A stretch of 63,284 bases of DNA, filler included, from Octopus bimaculoides (GCF_001194135.2; 8 parts of 7 records of this genome joined end to end with filler, not necessarily neighbours in it); one strand, 5' to 3'. Counted from the whole stretch's first letter, positions 49,975 through 62,432 are shown. The notes: generated by a model not told the origin, from the sequence alone. Program-made: numbers and translations.

Positions 49975-50315
49975 AAGATATGTATGTATGTATATATTGG
50001 AAACATCATAAATGCTGAGAGAACTTTGTCATGGAAAAAAATGTATATGTATGTATGTATGTATGTATGTATCTATCTATCTATCTATCTATATATATAC
50101 ATATAAATATATATACCCATATAGACACATGCACACACAGATAGAAAGATACATACATACACACAGACACACACTCATGCGGGCGCATGAGAGTGCATGT
50201 ATGCTTACGTATATATTTTGCAGTCCTATAAACCGATTTGTCGCCATAAAAAGAGGCAAACATTTTTCTTCTGTTATAATATATATATATATATATATAT
50301 ATACTCCCATAGGAA

Positions 50316-50353
<38 letters not shown>

Positions 50354-50987
50354 NNNNNNNNNNNNNNNNNNNNNNNNNNNNNNNNNNNNNNNNNNNNNNN
50401 NNNNNNNNNNNNNNNNNNNNNNNNNNNNNNNNNNNNNNNNNNNNNNNNNNNNNNNNNNNNNNNNNNNNNNNNNNNNNNNNNNNNNNNNNNNNNNNNNNNN
50501 NNNNNNNNNNNNNNNNNNNNNNNNNNNNNNNNNNNNNNNNNNNNNNNNNNNNNNNNNNNNNNNNNNNNNNNNNNNNNNNNNNNNNNNNNNNNNNNNNNNN
50601 NNNNNNNNNNNNNNNNNNNNNNNNNNNNNNNNNNNNNNNNNNNNNNNNNNNNNNNNNNNNNNNNNNNNNNNNNNNNNNNNNNNNNNNNNNNNNNNNNNNN
50701 NNNNNNNNNNNNNNNNNNNNNNNNNNNNNNNNNNNNNNNNNNNNNNNNNNNNNNNNNNNNNNNNNNNNNNNNNNNNNNNNNNNNNNNNNNNNNNNNNNNN
50801 NNNNNNNNNNNNNNNNNNNNNNNNNNNNNNNNNNNNNNNNNNNNNNNNNNNNNNNNNNNNNNNNNNNNNNNNNNNNNNNNNNNNNNNNNNNNNNNNNNNN
50901 NNNNNNNNNNNNNNNNNNNNNNNNNNNNNNNNNNNNNNNNNNNNNNNNNNNNNNNNNNNNNNNNNNNNNNNNNNNNNNNNNNNTATG

Positions 50988-51018
<31 letters not shown>

Positions 51019-51041
51019 GTATATATATATATATATGTATG

Positions 51042-51072
<31 letters not shown>

Positions 51073-51263
51073 GTATGGATGTATATGTATGTATGTATGT
51101 ATGTATGCGTGTGTGAGAGTGCATGCGTTCTTATGCGCGTATGTGCATGTGCGTGTATGTATGGATATATGTATTTATATATGTGTGTGTCTGTGTATGT
51201 ATGTGAATGTGTGAACGTGTCTATTTATCCGAATTCGGGCCCCTTTGTAGCAGGTTTTCGTAC

Positions 51264-51350
51264 CAACTTCAAGAATGAAATTCTCTTTCTCCCCGTTCTT
51301 CATGTAATTCAGGGATACCCAAAGGCGCCATGAATCCCAATCTTTTTCCA
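51264..51350 (-). CDS. Candidate orphan exon (phase 1 to 1), product unknown
   Basis: Minus strand ...GTAGCTTAATCAG| 87 nt |GTACGA; open frame EKDWDSWRLWVSLNYMKNGEKENFILEV; unique-looking island among microsatellites. Confidence 0.35.
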
Positions 51351-51815
51351 CTGATTAAGCTACATTATAAGTGAGAATGACGTACATAGGCACTTCCATC
51401 CATCCATCCATCCATCCATCCATCCATCCATCCATCCATCCATCCATCCATACAAACATACATGCATAGAGACATACAAACATACATGCATACATACATG
51501 CATGCATGCATACATACAAACATACATACATACATAATGCATGCATGTATACATACATACATGCATACATACATACACACATACATGCATACATATGCGA
51601 GCACACAGACACAGGCATATACACATACACACAAACACACAGTCAAGTACACATTTATAACGAGCGTTGTAGTTCGCTTGAAGCAATTTTGTACAAAATG
51701 GAAAGCGTAGGAAAAGAGAAATAAGTAAAGTTTCAAACAATACAAGAAGTTAAAAACAAAGAAAACAAACTTTATATTTAAGGCGCAAAGGCCTATCTTT
51801 AGAAGAAGCTTACGT

Positions 51816-52166
51816 CATTCCGTTGGTTACGACGACGAGGGTTCCAGTTGATCCAATCAGCGGAACAGCCTGCTCGTGAAATTAACGTGCAAGTGGCTGA
51901 ACACTCCACAGACACGTGTGCCCTTAACGTAGTTCTCGAGGGGATTCACCGTGACACAGAGTGTGACGCGGCTGGCCCTTTGAAATACAGGTACAACAGA
52001 AACAGGAAGAGAAAGTTGTAGTGAAAGAGTACAGCAGGGTTCGCTCTGCCGGAGCCTCGTGGAGGTTTAAGTGTTTTCGCTCAATAAACGCCTGGTCTGG
52101 GAATCGAAACCGCGATCCTACGACCGCGGGTCCGCTGCCATAGCCGCTGGGCCATTGCGCCTCCAC
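51816..52166 (-). mobile_element. Near full-length tRNA-derived SINE (family C)
   Basis: Minus-strand head GGAGGCGCAATGGCCCAGCGG (A box)...GGTTTCGATTCCC (B box), followed by a non-tRNA body also seen at 39631. Confidence 0.88.
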
Positions 52167-52368
52167 TTTTAGAAGAATACAGTAAAAGAAATGTATGTTT
52201 ACATAAATCCTGGTATTTTGGGTAGCCGGATGGGCAGGAACTATGTAAGCATACATTTCTTTGACGATATTCATCTGAAGATAGCCCTTGCATTTAAAGT
52301 ATAAAGGTTTTTAAAATTTTCTGCACTGCTAGAACTTTTCATTATTTCTCATTTCATTTATTATTCTA

Positions 52369-52416
<48 letters not shown>

Positions 52417-52614
52417 GTGTGTGTGTGCGCGCATGTGTGTATATATATGTATATATACCAGTTTTGCTTTTATTGAAACTGAAACTGTTTATCTAGAAAT
52501 ATGAGTTTTACGCCATTGCGCTCTTCACACATACAGACACACAAATATCTCCACACGTGCTTATCGATGTATTTATAATCTCTCTCTCTCTTTCTCTCTC
52601 GCTCTCTATCTATC

Positions 52615-52695
<81 letters not shown>

Positions 52696-53422
52696 GTATA
52701 ACTAACTGTCTGGCTATCTGTCTGTCGGTCTGTCGTGATATGTATGTTCGTATGTATGTATACAGGGTACGTCAAATAAAACTCACAGATTCATCATTCT
52801 TGCCAAACGTTTCAACAACCAACGAANNNNNNNNNNNNNNNNNNNNNNNNNNNNNNNNNNNNNNNNNNNNNNNNNNNNNNNNNNNNNNNNNNNNNNNNNN
52901 NNNNNNNNNNNNNNNNNNNNNNNNNNNNNNNNNNNNNNNNNNNNNNNNNNNNNNNNNNNNNNNNNNNNNNNNNNNNNNNNNNNNNNNNNNNNNNNNNNNN
53001 NNNNNNNNNNNNNNNNNNNNNNNNNNNNNNNNNNNNNNNNNNNNNNNNNNNNNNNNNNNNNNNNNNNNNNNNNNNNNNNNNNNNNNNNNNNNNNNNNNNN
53101 NNNNNNNNNNNNNNNNNNNNNNNNNNNNNNNNNNNNNNNNNNNNNNNNNNNNNNNNAGTGCGATTACTAAAGGAATAGCAGTAGGAAAAAGTTATAAATA
53201 TATAAGGAGAAGTACGTAATGTGATGTAGATATAGTGAAAAGAAAAGCTTTCAAACAAGTATATTGTTGCTGCTTTGCGGCTGAGCAAATGACGACTGCT
53301 GAGAGCTGAGAAGGGAATCATTCATAGGTGATCATGCGAGAGTAAGCCGTACATTATTATTTAGCGGAGGAAAGGGAGGCGGAGCAGAGGAGTAGCAGAA
53401 AAAGAGGTGGAGGAAGAGGTAA

Positions 53423-53457
<35 letters not shown>

Positions 53458-53494
53458 AAGAGAGATAGAGAAAGAGAGAGAGAGAGAGAGAGCG

Positions 53495-53533
<39 letters not shown>

Positions 53534-53730
53534 GGGAGAGAGACAGAGACAGATAAGCAGATAATAAGATGACGTGAGAGTTAAGCAAAGATGAAAGAAG
53601 AAAACGACGTGTTAGGGGTGGGAATATATTGTAAAACAGAAAGTGAAAGTAATGATGAACCACGAATGGTATATTGTTTTTTGTTATTTGTATCATTGAC
53701 AAACTAATATTTTGCCGGCATTTTAGGTAG

Positions 53731-53769
<39 letters not shown>

Positions 53770-54306
53770 TACACACACTCTTACACACACTCACACACAC
53801 TCTCACACACACACTCACATACACACGCACGTGCGTGCGTGCGTGTATGTGTGTGCGTGTGCGTGTGCGTGTGCGTGTGCGTGTGCGTGCATCTGCTTTT
53901 TTTCTATGTTTTTAGGAGGCGAACAGGGAAATATACATAGATGACAGGAAAAATATAAGGATGACATTGAATCAACTGGTTGGAGGAATGTGGTGCATAT
54001 ATATTTCCTTAAAAATATCGAAATAACGTCATTGTAGTGGAATGGTGGATACTCTTACTATTACTACATAGGCGCCAAACCAGGAAGAGTCTACTTGGTG
54101 GCTCGACCTTCTTGAAATAAGAGCTAAATCTCTCCCAAATCGCACCCTATCCTCCTTTTGTATGATGTAGTTTCGGAGTTCCTTTTGGATAAGAATAGAC
54201 AGGATGGTCATGGCTGGTATATCTTTGATCAGTGGGGCTGATTGAGTGTAGCTAATTTACAAAGACGAACGACAGCAATAACAACAACTACAACAACAAC
54301 AACAAT

Positions 54307-54353
<47 letters not shown>

Positions 54354-54826
54354 TGTACTCGACATCAAAAACGATGCAAACTGACGAACAACATTTCTGC
54401 AGCAGACATCGTGATCCATCTCTAGCATACTGGCAGACACACAGACACACTAATATACAGAAACATATACAGACGCACACATATAAACGTGCGGGCACAC
54501 GCACACATATATATACGTAAAAACGTGCACATGTATACACACACATTAACTACAAACGTGAACGGATACACACACACCAACATGCACATAGACTCACATA
54601 TAAACACACGCAACAATGTGCACATACAGACACACTCATAAACATACACAAATACAGACGAGCGCATATATACACACAATAATACGCCAGTGTTTGTTAT
54701 GTTTCAAAATATTACTGCTGTTTTCTGTTTTGCAAGGAGCAATTCTATTGTTGATTCCACGTAGAATGGTAAATCCTCGAACTATTCTTCCATTCTTTCA
54801 TTCTTACAATCCCTCTATTTTCTCAC

Positions 54827-54932
54827 ACTCTGACATTGCAAAGTTCCACCAAACCAATAACTTTTCTTTAACTGTCAAATTTAGCGCCGCTTCATTCACT
54901 TTTGCGGTAAGGTTCAGCTGGCGCAGGTTTAA
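54827..54932 (-). CDS. Candidate orphan exon (phase 0 to 1), product unknown
   Basis: Minus strand CTTACTTCTTACCAATTCAG| 106 nt |GTGAGA; LNLRQLNLTAKVNEAALNLTVKEKLLVWWNFAMSE; phase-compatible with 51350-51264. Confidence 0.4.
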
Positions 54933-55051
54933 CTGAATTGGTAAGAAGTAAGCGGTAATTCGGACAAGTGATTTGTTTTAACCATGGTCTTGCTTTGACT
55001 ACTACATACCTGTGAATGCAATTTCATATACATACATACGTCACCGAAAGC

Positions 55052-55087
<36 letters not shown>

Positions 55088-55841
55088 NNNNNNNNNNNNN
55101 NNNNNNNNNNNNNNNNNNNNNNNNNNNNNNNNNNNNNNNNNNNNNNNNNNNNNNNNNNNNNNNNNNNNNNNNNNNNNNNNNNNNNNNNNNNNNNNNNNNN
55201 NNNNNNNNNNNNNNNNNNNNNNNNNNNNNNNNNNNNNNNNNNNNNNNNNNNNNNNNNNNNNNNNNNNNNNNNNNNNNNNNNNNNNNNNNNNNNNNNNNNN
55301 NNNNNNNNNNNNNNNNNNNNNNNNNNNNNNNNNNNNNNNNNNNNNNNNNNNNNNNNNNNNNNNNNNNNNNNNNNNNNNNNNNNNNNNNNNNNNNNNNNNN
55401 NNNNNNNNNNNNNNNNNNNNNNNNNNNNNNNNNNNNNNNNNNNNNNNNNNNNNNNNNNNNNNNNNNNNNNNNNNNNNNNNNNNNNNNNNNNNNNNNNNNN
55501 NNNNNNNNNNNNNNNNNNNNNNNNNNNNNNNNNNNNNNNNNNNNNNNNNNNNNNNNNNNNNNNNNNNNNNNNNNNNNNNNNNNNNNNNNNNNNNNNNNNN
55601 NNNNNNNNNNNNNNNNNNNNNNNNNNNNNNNNNNNNNNNNNNNNNNNNNNNNNNNNNNNNNNNNNNNNNNNNNNNNNNNNNNNNNNNNNNNNNNNNNNNN
55701 NNNNNNNNNNNNNNNNNNNNNNNNNNNNNNNNNNNNNNNNNNNNNNNNNNNNNNNNNNNNNNNNNNNNNNNNNNNNNNNNNNNNNNNNNNNNNNNNNNNN
55801 NNNNNNNNNNNNNNNNNNNNNNNNNNNNNNNNNNNNNNNNN

Positions 55842-55901
<60 letters not shown>

Positions 55902-55987
55902 CATATATACATAAATGTATATATAATAATAATTTTCTTTCGAAAAACAGCGTAGAAGTGCTCAAGTTGAACCCGAGTCGCTAGAAC

Positions 55988-56778
55988 AGTATAATAGATA
56001 CAATAGAAAAGGTTCAAATCAGGCAGACTACAATTAACACATACATATATGGGTTTAATTAGTATAAAATAAGAATTGTCCAATCTGAAACATATACTGA
56101 AATATTTGAAATATAAAAATATATGAATACTAAAAAATATACATGAACATATAGATATATAGATATGTAAACATAATAATAATAGAATATAGATAAAAAT
56201 CATGAAATATAGAAAAAAGACGTTTCTAAAAATTCAAAATATGATATAGAGAAAGTAATAAGCGTTAAAAAGAGTTTTGGGTAACATATGAGAGGAAAAT
56301 AAGGTGTTCCAAGGATCGTTTCAGAGGAGACATTCATGCAGATTACATATGAATCTTAAGATTCCTTTCATGAATGCCCCCATCATCAGGGAAAAATAGT
56401 GTTTACGCTAGATATGGATTTAGTCCCTGCACAAGTGTACTCCTGAAACGATCGTTGAAATACCTTATTTACCTCTCACATGTTACCCAAAACTCTTTTT
56501 AATGCCTATTACCTTCTCTATATCATATTTTGAATTTTTGAAAACGTCTTTTTTCTACATTTCATTTTAAAAATCTCTATTCTATTATTATTATGTTTAC
56601 ATATCTATATATCTATATGTCCATGTATATTTTTAGTTTTCATATATTTTTATATTTCTGATATATCAATATATGTTTCAGACTGGACAATTCTTATTTT
56701 ATCTTAATTAAACCCGTATGTGTATGTGTTAATCGTAGTCTGCTTGATATGAACCTTTTCTGTTGTATCTATTATACT
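55988..56778. mobile_element. Foldback/long-TIR element: ~340-bp inverted arms with ~110-bp spacer
   Basis: 55988-~56329 aligns to the reverse complement of 56440-56778 at roughly 85-90% identity (by eye); AT-rich, no ORF. Confidence 0.85.
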
Positions 56779-56835
56779 TATGTATGTATATATGTACACA
56801 CGCACACACACACATATATATATATATGTATATAT

Positions 56836-56888
<53 letters not shown>

Positions 56889-57339
56889 NNNNNNNNNNNN
56901 NNNNNNNNNNNNNNNNNNNNNNNNNNNNNNNNNNNNNNNNNNNNNNNNNNNNNNNNNNNNNNNNNNNNNNNNNNNNNNNNNNNNNNNNNNNNNNNNNNNN
57001 NNNNNNNNNNNNNNNNNNNNNNNNNNNNNNNNNNNNNNNNNNNNNNNNNNNNNNNNNNNNNNNNNNNNNNNNNNNNNNNNNNNNNNNNNNNNNNNNNNNN
57101 NNNNNNNNNNNNNNNNNNNNNNNNNNNNNNNNNNNNNNNNNNNNNNNNNNNNNNNNNNNNNNNNNNNNNNNNNNNNNNNNNNNNNNNNNNNNNNNNNNNN
57201 NNNNNNNNNNNNNNNNNNNNNNNNNNNNNNNTATATATGCATGTATACCGGATGCGAAGGGTATATGAGACAACTTCATTATCAGTATATTAGTCTTTTC
57301 AGATCAACTGAATTGTTTTTTTTCTTTTTTTAAGATCTC

Positions 57340-58330
57340 GTATGGCAAGTAAAATACTAACGCTAGAAACGAAAAGCCATTTTCACCACATGTGCGGAAC
57401 GCAATGATTTAGAAATTACAACTTTGTAAATGTTGCAAGATTGTTTGTACACAAATTTCAAATGGAATTGGAAACCTCTGTATTGAAGAGAAAAAAATTC
57501 TTAACTTTCGGACACTATAAGTGTAACGCGATTACGTCAATGATTCAAAACATTATCGAATATGATCCTGAAAAAAGAATGAGAGCCATCACCAAAGAAC
57601 TTCTGGTGTCGGCATGAGATGTTGGAACTGTGGTGTACGAGGACATTCAAACAAGTCGTATATGAGCAAAAGCAAGAAAACCTGTTACGTCCCAAAGAGT
57701 TAGTTAACAATGTTAGAAAATTCCTCAGGCAAATGAGATGGTGTGGTTCTTCTCTGACGAGAAATAACGACCATGACCCAAAGTCTAACAGAAGTGACAG
57801 ATGATTATATGCATATCGTTCTGAAGTTCCCAGAGTGATGCACACTAAGTTTCCACCAATTGTTATGGTTTTAGTAGTTATCAGTAACGAAGGCCATGTC
57901 ATTCCATCTCACATCTTTCCACACGGTCTTAGAATTAATGCTGCTAAATGCGTTGAAGTGCTGAAGACATTGTTAAGACCGGCAACGATGACGTACGCAG
58001 TGGAAGGCCTTGCATGATTCAATAACACTCAACAAATTCTCACACAGTACACGTAAGCCAAGAAAGGATGTCAAACAATCTTTACGATCATGCAACGCCA
58101 AACTTGAGGCCGCCAAGATTACAAGATCTAAATCGCATAGACTACCAAAAGGGAAATTAATCGACATCCTCACAATACTATAGCTTTACAGAAGGCCACC
58201 GTTGTCCATGTGATGTCTGACATGAAGAAGACCATCTAGTACGGACATGTCAACGATTCCAGTCTGACATTGAGGTAGTTATCGAAACTAAAGACAGATT
58301 CATTGAACACTCATGAATTATCGAGAAGTC
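57340..58330 (+). mobile_element. Second DD37D (maT-like) Tc1/mariner remnant
   Basis: VMHTKFPPIVMVLVVISNEGHVIPSHIFPHGLRINAAKCVEVLKTLLRP (KFPASVMVLG..SNEGHVMPP-like); heavily frameshifted. Confidence 0.7.
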
Positions 58331-58959
58331 CGTATCAAAATACATTTAGCCTTTGCTAGATTAGAGTTGTTTTATTAACTTACCAAATAGGTTCTGAAAT
58401 GCCTCTCACATCGTATGTACACACACACACATGCACACACACACACATACACACACGTGCACACACATGCATCCCACACGTACCTCCTCCCCCACAGAGA
58501 CACATATAACGAGGAAAACGAGAAAATACTTTGAGAATTTTATCATAGATAAGAGGAGAAAAATATTTATGTCTTTATCAAAATATGCAACCGGTTTCAG
58601 TTGTTTATGATATATTGTCATGTTATAAGAAAAGAAAAAATAAGTTGAATTAAATTTCATTTATCTTTCATGAGTGGTCTTGAAAGTTCACATGTTCATA
58701 CAAAATTCACATGGTGGTTGTTGTTGTTCTCCTGTTCATGGCTGTTTGGTTATAACAGGAGCAGTAACAGGAGTGGTTCTTAATGATGAGAGATGTTAGT
58801 GGTGGCAGTAGTAGTACCAACAATGGTAGTAGTCGTAATAGTAGTGGCTGTATCAGTTTCATCTGTAGAAGCAATAGAAGCAGCTTAAGCATTAGTTGTA
58901 GTAGTAGTTGCGGAAATAATGGAACCCGTAGCTGTAGTACACATACACACACGCACATA

Positions 58960-59006
<47 letters not shown>

Positions 59007-59077
59007 GTTTCAAGTGTACTAAAAACAATGACAACGACAAACAAGGTATATTAGTTTGACGCTCAGGATATATATAT

Positions 59078-59177
59078 NNNNNNNNNNNNNNNNNNNNNNN
59101 NNNNNNNNNNNNNNNNNNNNNTTAATTAATTAANNNNNNNNNNNNNNNNNNNNNNNNNNNNNNNNNNNNNNNNNNNN
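59078..59177. other. Artificial scaffold-join spacer N44-TTAATTAATTAA-N44
   Basis: 12-mer at 59122-59133. Confidence 0.95.
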
Positions 59178-59665
59178 CTAAATCTCGTATGACACTATTT
59201 CTGTCTATCAGCCCCCTCACCCTCATTCGTTCATTTACTGTTCATTCTTTCGTTTCCCCTCGCTCACATTTCCTTGTCTTCTCTTCTCCGTCCACTTTTC
59301 ACGTCATTGTGTCCTTGTCATTTTTCTCGCCCCTCCCTAATTATTTTGTCAATCTGCCTCTACCTCTCTCACTCTCTCTTCTCTTTCCACGTGACCGATG
59401 GTCGGCCAAGCCTGACCTTCTTTTTTGGGTGGCTGTTGTGCGAGCAACGACGTTATTTCTCCCTGTGCCTGTGAAATCTTGTATCCCGGCTGTAAGGTCT
59501 TATTTCCATATACGCCAGCTTAACTTTATTCGCCCTTAGTCAAAAGACTGCTGTTGTTATGTTTCGTTAGTATTCCTACTGTATTTGTGTAACTGTTCTT
59601 TTTCCTGTACTTGCTTTTTCATTCATTCGCTGCTTTCTTCCAAGGATTCTAATGCTCTTAGCTTT

Positions 59666-59732
59666 GTATTTCCTTGGGGCTGGCCAGATTAGAGCAATAT
59701 CGAGAATAACCTGCCGAAATTGCAAAGAAAAT
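59666..59732 (+). ncRNA. Heavily decayed hammerhead-like motif
   Basis: Shares CCGAAATTGCAA (59714-59725) with the 34977 ribozyme and has residual stem I (ATTTC/GAAAAT), but CUGANGA and the cleavage U are lost. Confidence 0.35.
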
Positions 59733-61099
59733 CTAGATCTCCACAAGGACAAGAGGTGCTTTTACAGGTCTTTTCTCATAGCTCGTATTTCTAGCGCTTA
59801 TAATTTTTCACATCGTCTTGGCATAACAGCCCACACCGTTTGTTTTTACTGTCTTGTTCTCACTGTCCCGGTTTTGTTCCCACTTCCGCCCTCTGAAAAA
59901 ATACCCTTTTTTTAAAATGTCCTTTACAGAAGGGCTGTTTCAACGAAGTCGCGTATTGTCCTTACCTTCAAAACGCGGAGTAGATGAAACAGGGACAACT
60001 GACGAAGGGAATGTTCTTTATGTTGCATGTCTCGTTTCTCTGTTTGTTTGTTCTGTTCCTTGTTCGAAAAACTGTTCGTGTTCTATGTTTTTGTATTTAT
60101 GTTATCGTTTCTCATTGTGTCTACGCTTTTTCTATGTCCTGTACCCATATATGCATGTATATATACATATATATGTAGGTATGTACATATATGTATGTAT
60201 CTATGCATATATGCATATGTTATTTATATTATTATATATCTATATATATACACTGGGGATTTTTCAGTTTCTGTCTACCAAATCTACTCAGAAGTCTTTA
60301 ATCGGCTCGAGGCTGTTGTAGAAGACACTTGCCCAAGGTTGGGAAGTAAGCTTGTTCCCACACAGCCACGCCCGTGCCTANNNNNNNNNNATATACGCAC
60401 ATAATACCTTTCCGTGGGTATTTAAACTGTACAACTTAGTTTTTACAAGCTAATGAATTAAAACGAGAAGATGAATATGTCGTGCAAGAAAGAACAAGAA
60501 CAAAAAAGAAGTGGTGGAAGAAAGAAAGAGGAAAATAGAAAGAGAGAGGGAGAGAGTAAAATGATTTGGAAGTTGGCATTCCTAAAGTGTAGCTAACACA
60601 TGTTAGATACCTCAGTAAGCTTGCAAACGCGTACATATAAAAAGCATGAACATTTACATAAATACATACGTACATGCGATAGTAACACAAATAGACACGC
60701 ATACAATATACAAACAACCATATACATACATATACATTTCTTCACGTTAAGTGTGTATACACACACACACACACATCTGTGTGTGTGTGTGCGTGAATAA
60801 ATGTGTGTGTGTATGTGTGTGTGTGTTTGCGCGTGTGCGTTTGTATGTATGCATATGTTGGAGCGTTCACTCTTACATATCAGCTAAGAAAGATTGCATG
60901 TGAAACCAATTATGAAGGACACATCACCTGTACAAAGGAATAACATCTCAACTCCTTTAAAACGGCAAACACTTTACATTACCTGAATCACTATCCAACC
61001 ACAACTTCATATTCAATTCAGTTTGCCTAACCTGCTAAGCTCAGTGACTACTACTAAATTCAGGCCACGGGAGACGGCGAGGATGTTCTAGAAGCTGAG

Positions 61100-61180
61100 G
61101 TTTTTAAAACTTACGGAGACGATATCTACATATTGGCTGAGGGTAAAAAGCAACTAGATCTCATAATGCTGGAAGACATT
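61100..61180 (+). mobile_element. Possible LINE RT fragment around the YxDD motif
   Basis: KTYGDDIYILAEGKKQLDLIMLE resembles YADDIVLLAE.KEQLQ.ML; short and isolated. Confidence 0.4.
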
Positions 61181-61528
61181 TGCATAATCAAGTATCTGTA
61201 CACCTGGAGAATCACGTTGCGGGGAAACAATTGTAGTGATAAAAAAAAAAAAAAAATTAAAGTTCATGCGTACCCTTTCTTGTTGACTATTTTACATTTG
61301 TCTGTTTACACACGACGGATACCCAAACGCAAACCTGGAAGTAGGTATAATATTACTACTGGACAACACAGGGTATTTCAGAAGGTGGAAATACTATACT
61401 ACGTTCTTAAGAGAATGTGCCATGAATACACACACACACACTACACATACACACACACACCCACACACACACACACACACACACAGTACACACACACACA
61501 CACTACACACACACACACACACGTACGG

Positions 61529-61628
61529 NNNNNNNNNNNNNNNNNNNNNNNNNNNNNNNNNNNNNNNNNNNNTTAATTAATTAANNNNNNNNNNNNNNNN
61601 NNNNNNNNNNNNNNNNNNNNNNNNNNNN
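61529..61628. other. Artificial scaffold-join spacer N44-TTAATTAATTAA-N44
   Basis: 12-mer at 61573-61584. Confidence 0.95.
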
Positions 61629-62430
61629 CGGAAAGTAACGGAAACTAACGGAAACTAACGGAAAGTAACGGGAACTAATGGAAAGTAACGGGAACAAACG
61701 GAAAGTAACGGAAACTAACGGAAAGTAATGGGAACTAACGGAAAGTAACGGGAACTAACGGAAAGTAACGGAAACTAACGAATGTAACGGGAACTAACGG
61801 ATATAACGGAAACTAACGGAAACTAATGGAAAGTAACGGAAACTAACGGGAACTAACGGGAACTAACGGAAAGTAACGGGAACTAATGTAAACTAACGGG
61901 AAGTAATGGAAAATGACGGAAACTAACGGAAAGTAACGGGAACTAACGGAAACTAACGGAAAGTAACGGAAAGTAACGGAAACTAATGGAAAGTAACGGA
62001 AACTAACGAAAGTAACGGGAACTAACGGAAATANNNNNNNNNNAACGGAAAGTAACGGGAACTAACGGAAACTAACGGAAAGTAACGGAAAGTAACGGAA
62101 ACTAATGGAAAGTAACGGAAACTAACGGAAAATATCGGAAACTAACCGAAAGTAACGGAAAGTAACGGAAAGTAACGGAGAGTAACGGAAACTAACGGAA
62201 AGTAACGGAAAGTAAGGAGAGAAAAGGGAACTAACGGAAAGTAACGGAAACTAACGAAAAGTAACGGGAAGTAACGGAAACTAATGGAAAGTAACGGAAA
62301 CTAACGGGAACTAAAGGAAACTAACGTAAAGTAACGGGAACTAATGGAAACTAAAGGGAAGTAACGGAAACTAACGGAAAGTAACGGAAGCTAACGGAAA
62401 CTAACGGAAAGTAACGGAAAGTAACGGGAG
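61629..62430. repeat. 10-bp tandem satellite GGAAACTAAC / GGAAAGTAAC / GGGAACTAAC
   Basis: About 800 bp of near-uninterrupted 10-mers with interleaved C/G variants; 10-N gap at ~62034. Confidence 0.95.
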
Positions 62431-62432
62431 GA

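Noticed and set aside
52095-52166. tRNA gene-like sequence on the minus strand.
   Set aside because: It has A and B boxes but no complete cloverleaf and continues into a repeated SINE body; it is a SINE head.
4797-57333. Long ORFs in the track spanning N gaps or made of YI/CV/HT/LS dipeptides.
   Set aside because: Artefacts of ambiguous bases and microsatellites, not coding evidence.
61115-61136. 22-nt minus-strand microexon (TTTTTACCCTCAG|...|GTAAGT).
   Set aside because: Overlaps a plus-strand RT-like YGDD motif that explains the sequence at least as well; no partner exons in this 2.3-kb piece.
61629-62430. CRISPR-like array.
   Set aside because: Contiguous 10-bp units without unique spacers, eukaryotic context and no cas genes.
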